From the IMG/VR virus record IMGVR_UViG_3300047994_000277, positions 1-64,000 of that record: a stretch of DNA of 64,000 nucleotides; one strand, given 5' to 3'. The notes beneath the pieces are model-generated. The model saw nothing but the letters and a program-made list of their open reading frames with translations, made no database searches and was not told the origin of the DNA. The translations under genes and the position numbers were made by a program. Each line of letters begins with the position of its first letter. The stretch's first letter is position 1. This document shows positions 9,699 to 18,481 of this stretch, piece by piece. The DNA comes from a virus (Duplodnaviria; Heunggongvirae; Uroviricota; Caudoviricetes).

Positions 9699-10040
9699 AT
9701 GAAATCACTTATTTCTTTTTTGGTGTCGTGCGCGATCTTTCCCATAATGGTTTATGCAATTGCCAAGTTCGCGTCGAGGCCTCATGTTCATAAGCCTCTC
9801 TATAAGGCTGGTGACTGTTATAAGCACAAGAATGAATCTGAGTTCGGAAAAGATGGCTCTATCCACATGATTCTTAAAGTAGGCAATGCCGAGTATCTTT
9901 ACGATACTTATGACGAGGAAGATAATTTGTTCTTATTTAATCCGAAATATCCCAATCATGATCGATTCGATTTTTTTGAAATGGTTAATGCTGTACAGGT
10001 TGACTGTCCAGATGCGCCAACCCACATTCTTAAGTATTGA
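9699..10040 (+). CDS. membrane-anchored hypothetical protein
   Basis: N-terminal hydrophobic helix. ATG lies 1 nt after the upstream stop. Confidence 0.5.
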   Translation: MKSLISFLVSCAIFPIMVYAIAKFASRPHVHKPLYKAGDCYKHKNESEFGKDGSIHMILKVGNAEYLYDTYDEEDNLFLFNPKYPNHDRFDFFEMVNAVQVDCPDAPTHILKY

Positions 10041-10049
10041 AAGAAACCC

Positions 10050-10310
10050 ATGAAATACTTACTGCTACTTACGTTGATTTTAACGGCTTGTTCGACTAAG
10101 CCAGTTCCTGCTCCAGCTCCTTCTACGGTTCGGAGTTACAGCTGCTCGCTGTTTACTGCTCATGGATCTTACGCACACATCGATGTGGGCGCTTACTCTT
10201 TGGAAGAGGCTATTAAAACTGCGGAAACGGTTCGCGATAGGTTGGTAAAACAGCAAGTGATACCAAACTGTGGCGTCATATGCGAGATAAGAAATAATGG
10301 GCATCTTTAA
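10050..10310 (+). CDS. small lipoprotein
   Basis: MKYLLLLTLILTACS signal peptide with a lipobox. Confidence 0.55.
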   Translation: MKYLLLLTLILTACSTKPVPAPAPSTVRSYSCSLFTAHGSYAHIDVGAYSLEEAIKTAETVRDRLVKQQVIPNCGVICEIRNNGHL

Positions 10311-10566
10311 GTCTCTTTGGACAGATATGTTTGATCGAGGAGAACCTCTTCCCGAAGAGGAAGATATGCCAGACAATCCTGTTCCTCAGGAGCTTCTTGA
10401 TGCTGAAGATCGTTGCCCAAACGTAAAATTTGTTAAGTCTTGTAGGGCGTTTTTTGAGAAACGCGGATTTCTGTCCGATGCGCAAAAGAATGCTTTAAGA
10501 TATGCTGGCACTAAGAATCGTAGAAATAATTATTGGAACGGTTACGAGCCGTGGTCGGAGGATTGA
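10297..10566 (+). CDS. hypothetical acidic protein
   Basis: ORF overlapping the upstream gene by 14 nt. Confidence 0.45.
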   Translation: MGIFKSLWTDMFDRGEPLPEEEDMPDNPVPQELLDAEDRCPNVKFVKSCRAFFEKRGFLSDAQKNALRYAGTKNRRNNYWNGYEPWSED

Positions 10567-10568
10567 AT

Positions 10569-10898
10569 ATGTTTAACAGCGATGAAACCCCTACAGATAC
10601 ACGCACGAGATCCCAGATTTGGTCCGATAACATCGCCGAATTTTGCGGTTCTTGGGGCTTTGTGTTTTGGTTCTCAGGTCTTATTGGCGGCTGGATCCTC
10701 CTGAACACTTGCTGCGTTATATTTCATAAGTGGGACGAATACCCCTTTATTCTGCTTAATCTGTTTTTGACCGTTATCAGCACTATGCAAAGTCCAATCA
10801 TTATGATGGCTCAGAATCGCCAAGTCGAACGTGATAGAGAGCACGTTCAGGGTATCCACGATAAGCTGGATAGAGTGATGGAAGAGTTAAAAAAATAG
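10569..10898 (+). CDS. DUF1003-like two-TM membrane protein
   Basis: ATG at 10569 follows a GGAGGA Shine-Dalgarno. Contains PFILLNL and IIMMAQNRQVERDRE, recalled as DUF1003 signatures. Confidence 0.5.
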   Translation: MFNSDETPTDTRTRSQIWSDNIAEFCGSWGFVFWFSGLIGGWILLNTCCVIFHKWDEYPFILLNLFLTVISTMQSPIIMMAQNRQVERDREHVQGIHDKLDRVMEELKK

Positions 10899-10955
10899 TT
10901 GACGAAGTAAGTCTGTTTGTGGCAGACTGTATTTAGGTTTTTTAAGGAGAATAAC

Positions 10956-11618
10956 ATGCCTATTAAGAGTTTTTTGACGAAGGTCGGTTTGGTTGAAGAA
11001 GATGTCCAGGTTAAAGCTAAGGCGGCTACGCCTGCTCCAGCTCCAACTGTGAGTTCAGGTCGTCCACCTGCACTGCCCGTGTCAGGATCGACCTTCTCTA
11101 GCATGAGTTTTACGCCTGCTCCGACAATCGATCCTGCCATTCAGGAAATGCTCAGTCAGTCTCTTCAAGAGAGCAAGCTTTCTGGTTTCGATTATCTTAA
11201 GTTCATCTCAGCTGTGGAAGAGACTCGCTCCACGGGTGTTCCTGAGGATGCACGATTTAAGATGACCTTCTCGACGGCCAAGCAGCTCGGCGTCGATAAG
11301 AACTCTCTTCTTAAGTCTGGCCAGCACTATATCGACGTGCTCACTCAAGATGAAACTGATTTCAACGCCGATTGCGCGCAGTACGAGAAGAACGAAGTGC
11401 AATCTAGGGAAACTAAGCTTGCTACGGTTCAAAAGACGATTAGCGATCTTAATAGTCAGCTCGCTCAGCTGAACCAGGATCAGTTCACTTTGACTCAAGA
11501 GCTTCAGCAAGAAAAGCTCAAGCTTGAGTCTCGAAAAGCGGCTTTCCGTGTGACCGTGGAAAGCATTCGTAGCACTATTAAGTCGAACATTGACAAAATT
11601 AATCAATATCTTCAGTAA
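10956..11618 (+). CDS. coiled-coil protein
   Basis: AGGAGA Shine-Dalgarno before ATG at 10956. Pro/Ala-rich linker followed by a long heptad-repeat C-terminus. Confidence 0.5.
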   Translation: MPIKSFLTKVGLVEEDVQVKAKAATPAPAPTVSSGRPPALPVSGSTFSSMSFTPAPTIDPAIQEMLSQSLQESKLSGFDYLKFISAVEETRSTGVPEDARFKMTFSTAKQLGVDKNSLLKSGQHYIDVLTQDETDFNADCAQYEKNEVQSRETKLATVQKTISDLNSQLAQLNQDQFTLTQELQQEKLKLESRKAAFRVTVESIRSTIKSNIDKINQYLQ

Positions 11619-11627
11619 GGAGTAAAT

Positions 11628-12659
11628 ATGGATACTACAACTGTTTCAAAAAAGCCTTGGTATAAGAAGTCTGAAAACGTCATTGGAGCACCGGTCGTAG
11701 GCCTCGCCCTCGCGGCCCTGGCCGTTTACGTGGGAGTTCAAATTCTCCCTTACGTGATTTTGGCTGCAACCAACACGATCTATGCCGTTCTCCTCCTGGG
11801 AGCTTTGGCCGCTCTGACGTTTGCCGCCCTGGATAAGGACGTTCATACGGCTGTTTATTACGGCTGGAAGTCTCTTACGCGCGCTATCGGATATGCGATC
11901 GTTAACCAAGATCCTATTGGTGTGATCGAAACCAGCATTAAGATCATGCAAGCTCGCTTAGACGAAATGTCCACCAGCAAAGCTGAAGTCGGCGGACAGC
12001 TTAAAGGGCTGACTGCAAAGATCAAGTCTAACTCTGATAGAGCGGAACTTGACATGAAAAAGGCCCAGCAGGCCGAGAAGCAGGGTGACGTTCAGGGTAA
12101 GACCTTGATGGCCCTGGAAGCTCAGCAACTGATTTTGTCCAATAAGAGTCTTACCGAGACTAAGAACAAGATCGAGCTTATGTATCGCGTTCTCGAAAAG
12201 ATGACCTCCACTGTGGATTTTAACATCAAGAAGACTCGCAGTGAGCTTGAGATCAAGAAGGAAGAGCGCAAGGCCATCATGGCTGCTCATGCCGGAATGG
12301 TCAAAGGTTGGAAGGTGATCGGTGGTAGCGGACCTGAAGCGGAAATGTTCAACCGCGCCATGGAAAGTATCGCTGAAACCGCCAATAAGCAGCTCGCCGA
12401 GATCGACGACATCATGGATCTCTCTCAAGGTATCATCAAGGGTGTTGACCTCGAAAAAGGTGTCATCCAAGACGACGCGCTTAAGATGCTTGAACAATGG
12501 GAAAAGGGCGGCAGCTCTGCTCTCCTTGGTACCGATAAGGCCATTCTGATCTCTCAGGCTTACGACCCAAATCAAGCCGTGGATTTTTCGTCAGACCAAA
12601 AGGTTCTGGTGACGACCACTAAGCCTGGAAAGTTCAAAAGCGTCCTGGATAAAAGCTGA
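11628..12659 (+). CDS. membrane-anchored coiled-coil protein (PspA/IM30-like architecture, speculative)
   Basis: Two N-terminal transmembrane helices followed by about 250 aa of charged heptad repeats. GGAG Shine-Dalgarno upstream. Confidence 0.55.
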   Translation: MDTTTVSKKPWYKKSENVIGAPVVGLALAALAVYVGVQILPYVILAATNTIYAVLLLGALAALTFAALDKDVHTAVYYGWKSLTRAIGYAIVNQDPIGVIETSIKIMQARLDEMSTSKAEVGGQLKGLTAKIKSNSDRAELDMKKAQQAEKQGDVQGKTLMALEAQQLILSNKSLTETKNKIELMYRVLEKMTSTVDFNIKKTRSELEIKKEERKAIMAAHAGMVKGWKVIGGSGPEAEMFNRAMESIAETANKQLAEIDDIMDLSQGIIKGVDLEKGVIQDDALKMLEQWEKGGSSALLGTDKAILISQAYDPNQAVDFSSDQKVLVTTTKPGKFKSVLDKS

Positions 12660-12685
12660 TAACGTAACTAAAGAAAGGAAATTGT

Positions 12686-14212
12686 ATGAATATCGTTAAT
12701 AATGAAAGCGGAAGAGCGACACTGCTGGCAAAACTCCTGATCGTAGGTTTGATTTGCGGAGTAGCGTTCGTTGGACTCAAGAAATTCGGACAAACCCCTA
12801 CGGCCCAGAACATCCTTGCTAACGATGCCGAAACGGTTCGGGTTAGCGTGGTGACCTGGGGCGGATACGCTGGCGGTCAGTACTTCAACCGTGGCTTTAA
12901 GGCCAATACGGAATCCGAGTACTACAAAAAGTACGGCATGAAGGTCGAATTCGTCCTTCAGGACGACGTGGCCGCTGGCCGCGAAGCCTTCAAGGCCGGT
13001 AAAGTGGATGCTATTTGGGCAACCGCTGACTCCTTCCCTACCGAAGCAAAAGGTTTGGGTGAATTCGAGCCCGTGATCATAATGCAATCCGACTGGTCTC
13101 ACGGTGGCGATGCCATTGTGGCCCGTGGCGGTATCAATTCGATCAACGATCTTCGCGGCAAGAAAGTTGCTGTGGCTATCGGAACTCCCTCTCATTCATT
13201 CCTTCTTTACGCTCTTAAGGCGTCAGATATGACGGTTAAGGACATTACAGTCGTAGAGAAGTCAAACGCTGTCGATGCTGCAAGCGATTTCAAAGCCAGT
13301 GCAGTTGACGCCGCAGTGGTTTGGTCTCCAGATGACCAGGACTGCATTCAGAAGGTTCAGGGATCCAAGATCCTTAAGAACACTCGCGAAGCTTCTAGAA
13401 TCATTGCTGACGTCTTCTTCGTGAAGCGTTCGTATCTCGAAAAGAATCGCGACAAGGTCCATAACCTTGTTGAAGGCTGGCTGACTGGTAATGCTCAGAT
13501 CAATACCAATCCTTCTTCTCGCAGTGCTGCAATCAAGATCCTGGCTCAAGGACTGAATGTCGATGAAGGTCTCGCCGGGACCATGTTGGGCAATGCTCGC
13601 CTGACCACCCTTGGCGACAACAAGAACTTCTTCGGTCTCAACGGTGGATACAACGGAGTGACTGGCGAAAAGCTCTATGTGAATATGACCCAAGAGTACG
13701 CGAAGGTCGGTATGGCTCCTTCTGGAACCCCGGATTGGCGCCGTATCTCTGATGGTTCGATCGTGTCGAGCCTGAACCTGAGTGGCAGTGAAAACGATGC
13801 CGAACCTGAGACGAAGTTCGATGCCCCTACGGCGGCTTTGGCTACGGCTCCAGCATTCAGCACGAAGAAGCTGTCCATCACCTTCCCTACGGGATCGTCT
13901 ACGCTTGACGATAATGCCAAGGCCCTCATCGCAATGTCCTTCGTGGATATCGCTAAGGCTTTCGGTAACACCCGCATCCGCGTGGAAGGTAACACGGACA
14001 ACGTCGGTAGTGAAACCACAAACAGAGCGTTGAGTACCCGCCGCGCTCAATCCGTGGTCAACTATCTTGTCGAAGAACACCGCTTCGATCGTAACCGATT
14101 CGTGACGGTTGGCAACGGTTCTTCTAAGCCAACTTCGGGAGCGTCTAATGACACTTCTGAAGGTCGGGCCAAGAACCGCCGCACTGACTTCGAATTGCTC
14201 AATAACAACTAA
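12686..14212 (+). CDS. ABC transporter substrate-binding protein (NMT1/SsuA/TauA family) fused to a C-terminal OmpA-like peptidoglycan-binding domain
   Basis: N-terminal signal anchor. SsuA/NMT1-like core (VRVSVVTWGGYAGGQYF...GKVDA). C-terminus NTDNVGSETTNRALSTRRAQSV...NRRTDFEL matches the OmpA C-terminal consensus. Confidence 0.8.
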   Translation: MNIVNNESGRATLLAKLLIVGLICGVAFVGLKKFGQTPTAQNILANDAETVRVSVVTWGGYAGGQYFNRGFKANTESEYYKKYGMKVEFVLQDDVAAGREAFKAGKVDAIWATADSFPTEAKGLGEFEPVIIMQSDWSHGGDAIVARGGINSINDLRGKKVAVAIGTPSHSFLLYALKASDMTVKDITVVEKSNAVDAASDFKASAVDAAVVWSPDDQDCIQKVQGSKILKNTREASRIIADVFFVKRSYLEKNRDKVHNLVEGWLTGNAQINTNPSSRSAAIKILAQGLNVDEGLAGTMLGNARLTTLGDNKNFFGLNGGYNGVTGEKLYVNMTQEYAKVGMAPSGTPDWRRISDGSIVSSLNLSGSENDAEPETKFDAPTAALATAPAFSTKKLSITFPTGSSTLDDNAKALIAMSFVDIAKAFGNTRIRVEGNTDNVGSETTNRALSTRRAQSVVNYLVEEHRFDRNRFVTVGNGSSKPTSGASNDTSEGRAKNRRTDFELLNNN

Positions 14213-14220
14213 GTCCATCC

Positions 14221-14252
14221 GCCGGGGAGCCCTTCGGGGCTCCCCTTTTTTA
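14221..14252 (+). terminator. rho-independent terminator or attenuator
   Basis: Hairpin GGGGAGCCC-TTCG-GGGCTCCCC followed by TTTTTTT, between the substrate-binding gene and the permease gene. Confidence 0.75.
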
Positions 14253-14266
14253 TTGAAAGGCTTTTT

Positions 14267-15073
14267 ATGAAAGAGTTGTTTCAGTTACGAGGAGAATTAA
14301 ATAGGACCACGCAGTTGATCACTCAGATCTGCGGCATCGTTTTCCTGGTTGGTCTGTGGCAGACCGTATGCCAATTCTTTCATGTCCCTAAGGGTATTCT
14401 TCCCTCTCCGTTTGACGTCCTTAGCTCTTTCCAGGAGCTTTTCACTCAAGATAACTTGATCAGGAACCTGTCCTATTCACTCAAGATCAATCTCTACGGA
14501 TACGCCGAGGCAATTGGGGTTTGCATCCCGCTAGGATTCTTGTTGGGCCTTTTCCCACTATTTAGGGAAATGTTTTCGAAGCCTCTGGACTCCATTCGCT
14601 TCCTTCCTATTTCAGCCCTGACCGGCCTGTTCATTGCTTGGTTCGGCATCGAAGAGTCCATGAAGGTACAGTTTCTCGCATTCGGTATCGGCGTGTACCT
14701 CCTTCCTTTGGTTGTGCAGCGCGTCAATGAAGTAGAGCAGGTGTACTGCGACACCGTGTTCACCTTGGGCGCTTCTAAGTTGCAGACCATCCAAAAAGTT
14801 TTTCTTCCCGCAGTATTGGCCAAGGTGTCCGACGACATTCGGGTGATTACCGCAGTGTCTTGGACTTACATTATCATCGCCGAGCTTGTTAATCGAGCCG
14901 ACGGCGGCATTGGAAGCTTGGCTTACCTTTCCTCTCGCCAAAGCAGGCTCGATAAGGTGTTTGCCGTACTCCTGGTAATCATTGCGATCGGTTTTATCCA
15001 GGACAAGCTTGCGGTCCTTATCGACAAAATCTTCTTCCCTTATAAAGAAGTCGCAAAGAAAGCAGGCGCATAA
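14267..15073 (+). CDS. ABC transporter permease (SsuC/TauC/NitT family)
   Basis: Six predicted transmembrane segments. EAA-like loop GASKLQTIQKVFLPAVL. Typical N-terminal GILPSP. Confidence 0.8.
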   Translation: MKELFQLRGELNRTTQLITQICGIVFLVGLWQTVCQFFHVPKGILPSPFDVLSSFQELFTQDNLIRNLSYSLKINLYGYAEAIGVCIPLGFLLGLFPLFREMFSKPLDSIRFLPISALTGLFIAWFGIEESMKVQFLAFGIGVYLLPLVVQRVNEVEQVYCDTVFTLGASKLQTIQKVFLPAVLAKVSDDIRVITAVSWTYIIIAELVNRADGGIGSLAYLSSRQSRLDKVFAVLLVIIAIGFIQDKLAVLIDKIFFPYKEVAKKAGA

Positions 15074-15837
15074 TGGCTAACATTATAGAATTAAAAGATA
15101 TTTGCCAATCATATGGTTCTAAAGAAGTCATAAAAGGTCTCAATGTTGCCATCGAAGATAAGCCAAAGGGCGAGATCGTAGCCATTCTAGGTCCCTCTGG
15201 ATGCGGTAAATCGACTTTGCTCAGGTACGTCTCTGGTTTACAAGCTCCAACTGCCGGGGAAGTGATTCTTCACGGAGAGCCGCGATCTGAAGAGGATCGG
15301 GTCGGCATGGTATTCCAGAAGTATTCTTCTCTTCCATGGAGAACGGTCCTTGAGAACGTCGAGTTGGGGCTGGAGCTGAGCGGCGTTGATTCTAAGACCA
15401 GGCGCGAGCGCGCCCTGGCCATGTTGGAACTGGTCGAACTGAGTGATCATGCCAATAAATTTGCCCAGTACCCTACCCTTTCTGGAGGTCAGCTTCAGCG
15501 CGTGGCCATCGCACGCTCTTTGGTGGCTAACTCTAAGATTTTGCTGATGGATGAACCTTTTGGAGCCCTGGACATCAAGACCAGGCTTAAAATGCAGGAT
15601 ACGGTTCTTAACATCGGTAAGAAGCTTAGTCAGGAAATTACCGTTCTTTTCGTTACCCACGATATCTCAGAAGCCGTTTATCTGGCCGATGAGATCATTA
15701 TCATGGGCGGATCTCCTTCTAAAATAGTTGACAAGATTTCTATTCCATTCGGCGATAATAGGAGTCATAATCTGAAGGACAATGCGTGGTTTAAGTCCAC
15801 GGTGAGGGATATCGAAGAAAGAATGATGAGGGACTAA
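15073..15837 (+). CDS. ABC transporter ATP-binding protein
   Basis: Walker A GPSGCGKST. ABC signature LSGGQLQRVAIARSL. Walker B LLMDEPFGALD. TAATG overlap with the permease gene. Confidence 0.9.
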   Translation: MANIIELKDICQSYGSKEVIKGLNVAIEDKPKGEIVAILGPSGCGKSTLLRYVSGLQAPTAGEVILHGEPRSEEDRVGMVFQKYSSLPWRTVLENVELGLELSGVDSKTRRERALAMLELVELSDHANKFAQYPTLSGGQLQRVAIARSLVANSKILLMDEPFGALDIKTRLKMQDTVLNIGKKLSQEITVLFVTHDISEAVYLADEIIIMGGSPSKIVDKISIPFGDNRSHNLKDNAWFKSTVRDIEERMMRD

Positions 15838-16598
15838 TGAAAACAAAGCATGCCGAAAATTTTATCAGAGAGGCGTCTAAAAATTTTACAGACTACCGTA
15901 GCTTTGTCTCTCAGCTTGAAAAGTACGTCGTAGGTAACCTAGATCTTCAACATAAGCAAAACCCCATCGTTAGGCGACTTAAGGACCTAGGTGCCAAAGA
16001 TATCCTATTTGCCATCAAAGAGTATTCTCAGTTTTCCAATGAAGCGGTTCATATGCTTCTGGACGCGCGCGTGCGCACCCATGAGTGGAAGAAGCTGGCT
16101 CAGGAAATTGATCGCAATATCGAAGAGGAAAAGGGCAAGGAAACGCTCGGAGTGCCTCATCTTGAGATCATGCGTAAAGGCTATCGCCTGAGTTTTGATT
16201 TCGACGTGAACAATTACGAGCCCTCAGAAGTCACCAAGTCCTTCCTGCATTCGATGAGAAGAATCTTCAAAACCAAGGACAATGCCTTTCAATCCGGTGC
16301 CCTGTTGGCCTTTGAAAGCGTGTCCATCCCTGAGTTCTACGTCCTCGATTCGTTGGTCGAGAAATGTGAGAATCACCTCCATACGCTTAAGCGGAACGAG
16401 TACACGGCAGAGTACATCAAGGGGCATAAGTTCTTTGAGATTGGCCACAGAGAAGGTTTGCTGAATGCAATCGAAGAATACATCAAGGCTGATCAAGCTT
16501 CAGACTTTGCTACGGGTTATTTAGCCGTATGCGTTACTATGTCTAGTTGGTGGAACAACCTTAACGATTCTATAACATTTAACAGACATCAGGAATAG
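15837..16598 (+). CDS. all-alpha protein, possibly heme-oxygenase/TenA/PqqC-like fold (speculative)
   Basis: Co-transcribed with the ABC genes (TAATGA overlap). Helical with several E/H-containing segments. No definitive motif. Confidence 0.45.
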   Translation: MKTKHAENFIREASKNFTDYRSFVSQLEKYVVGNLDLQHKQNPIVRRLKDLGAKDILFAIKEYSQFSNEAVHMLLDARVRTHEWKKLAQEIDRNIEEEKGKETLGVPHLEIMRKGYRLSFDFDVNNYEPSEVTKSFLHSMRRIFKTKDNAFQSGALLAFESVSIPEFYVLDSLVEKCENHLHTLKRNEYTAEYIKGHKFFEIGHREGLLNAIEEYIKADQASDFATGYLAVCVTMSSWWNNLNDSITFNRHQE

Positions 16599-16599
16599 T

Positions 16600-16848
16600 A
16601 TGCGTCGTTGCGAGGATTGTGGAACCCGAATGATCGATTACGGAATCGATTACGCTTGCCCTAAGTGCCCAACTTTCATGAGTCCAGGTTATATTTGGAC
16701 TGACCAAAGACGCCTTAAATACTTAAGTATGCGTTTATCCGTTGCTGAACAATCTTACGAAGCTGCACGTAAAGCGTATTTGGAAGTAAAACAAGAAATA
16801 GAAGCTTTAGAGAAAAAGATCGAAAAAAATCGATCCGGCGCAGTCTGA
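16600..16848 (+). CDS. zinc-ribbon protein with coiled-coil tail
   Basis: CEDCG...CPKC Cys4 ribbon. Confidence 0.5.
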   Translation: MRRCEDCGTRMIDYGIDYACPKCPTFMSPGYIWTDQRRLKYLSMRLSVAEQSYEAARKAYLEVKQEIEALEKKIEKNRSGAV

Positions 16849-17080
16849 GTTTTACGATATATACGGTTGTTCCTGCGAGCGCAAACGGGCCGAACAATGG
16901 TTGGTTAAGTAACGTGCGCGACGGCAGACCTGGGCGACGCTGAAAACAGCTGGGACCAACTAGTCCGGGCGAGGTCTTAGTGGGAACACTTTTCAAATCC
17001 AGGTGCCAAGGGCTTAACCCGCCTCGAATTCACCATTACCGTCTCGGTGGGTTAAATGACGACTATAAACAGCCTGGACT

Positions 17081-17620
17081 ATGTTTAAGCTCCCTAAAAA
17101 CCCTAAAATAGAAGAACTCACTAAATCCTACCGCGAACGCCGAATCAACCTTAGCGACCTTGATGCCGTAGTTGTAGATGGCGTTAAGCAATGCCGATGG
17201 TGCCTTACTCCGCTTACCGGTCGCAAGTACATGTGGTGCTCTTCTGATTGCCAAAACACTGCTTGGGCGTGGGCCAACCCTCAGAAAGAGGGCGGCCTGC
17301 ACATCCTTCTGGCTCGTCAGGACTTTAAGTGCAATCAATGTCAGTTCGACTACATGCCTTACGTGGAAGATTCCATTAAGTACATGAACCAGAAAAAGAA
17401 GACTATCGATCCTAACTCGATTAAGGAAAAAGTGAACGAGCGATTGATGAAGTTGCTCAAGTACAAAACTCCTTCCGATCGGCTCCCAGAAGTTGATCAC
17501 GTAGTGCCGATTTATAAGGGCGGCATGCCTTTAGGGTTTGACAACCACCAGGCCATTTGTTACTCTTGCCATAAGACCAAGACTAAGGTCGATTTGTCTG
17601 GTAAGAGGAATAAGAAATGA
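17081..17620 (+). CDS. HNH endonuclease
   Basis: EVDHVVPIYKGG...FDNHQAICYSCHKTK gives the HNH catalytic triad. Flanked by CxxC pairs. Confidence 0.8.
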   Translation: MFKLPKNPKIEELTKSYRERRINLSDLDAVVVDGVKQCRWCLTPLTGRKYMWCSSDCQNTAWAWANPQKEGGLHILLARQDFKCNQCQFDYMPYVEDSIKYMNQKKKTIDPNSIKEKVNERLMKLLKYKTPSDRLPEVDHVVPIYKGGMPLGFDNHQAICYSCHKTKTKVDLSGKRNKK

Positions 17621-17916
17621 AAGCATTGTTATTTTTAGGCATCGTGTGCGCAATCGTTACGATGTCGGGATGTGGTCAGAAGCTAGGCACGGTAGAGGTG
17701 GAGGGAAATCCAACACTTACAGTTACTGTTGATACCGATAAACTTACTACGTTTTTTGCACCTTATTGCCAGCAGCTCCTAGCCTCTCAGCTTGGCTACG
17801 CGCCTACGCCTCTGCAGGTGCAAAATTGCACCAATCAAATGATCTCTAATTTTCTGGCAACGATGCAAGGATCGCCTACGATTCCCATTACGCCTAGTCC
17901 GTCACCAACCCCATAA
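17617..17916 (+). CDS. small lipoprotein
   Basis: Signal peptide with lipobox MSGC. ATGA overlap with the HNH gene. Confidence 0.55.
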   Translation: MKALLFLGIVCAIVTMSGCGQKLGTVEVEGNPTLTVTVDTDKLTTFFAPYCQQLLASQLGYAPTPLQVQNCTNQMISNFLATMQGSPTIPITPSPSPTP

Positions 17917-17926
17917 GGAGAATAGT

Positions 17927-18481
17927 ATGTTTAAGAAACTTTTCGGTCGTAAGGAAGTTAAGCAAGCCCCTGTCGCTACGGCGGTTGAAGCATCTAAAGG
18001 CTATCACTCTTGCGTAGATACCTGTGAGAAGGACATCGATAATCTTGAGACAGAGTGTGAAAATCTCCGCAAGGATAATCTGATCCTGATTGGCAAAGTG
18101 ACCGCTCTCCAAACCCGCGAGAAAAAGCTTCAGGACGACGTAAGCGAGATGACTCAAGTTGCTAATGAAAACTTCGATAAAGTTAAAGAAAAAGACGAGC
18201 GCATTTCCGAACTTGAGCAGCGCCTTCAGGAAGCTGACGAAAAGGCTGACGGTACGCCAGTTAAGTATGCTTCTGCCCGTAAAACCCTTACTAAGGCTAA
18301 GCTGAAACAGCTTCGCGACCGCCTTGAAGCCGTTCCTTCAGGCGCTACAGGATTCGGTGGCTCCTGCTCCGTCTACGATAAGAAGACCAAGCGTCTCTCT
18401 GTCGTAGAGTTCAAATCCAAAGACGAGGCCCTCGCTTTGGTTGATCGTGCGGAGAAGGGTTATGTCGATATTGTCATGTGA
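17927..18481 (+). CDS. coiled-coil protein
   Basis: Charged heptad repeats. AGGAGAA Shine-Dalgarno upstream. Confidence 0.5.
   Translation: MFKKLFGRKEVKQAPVATAVEASKGYHSCVDTCEKDIDNLETECENLRKDNLILIGKVTALQTREKKLQDDVSEMTQVANENFDKVKEKDERISELEQRLQEADEKADGTPVKYASARKTLTKAKLKQLRDRLEAVPSGATGFGGSCSVYDKKTKRLSVVEFKSKDEALALVDRAEKGYVDIVM

Noticed and set aside
12668-14218. Minus-strand ORFs (175, 318 and 114 aa) antisense to the ABC substrate-binding gene.
   Set aside because: The plus-strand product has clear SsuA-like and OmpA-like motifs, and the antisense frames show no motifs. They are long open frames only because of codon-compositional bias.
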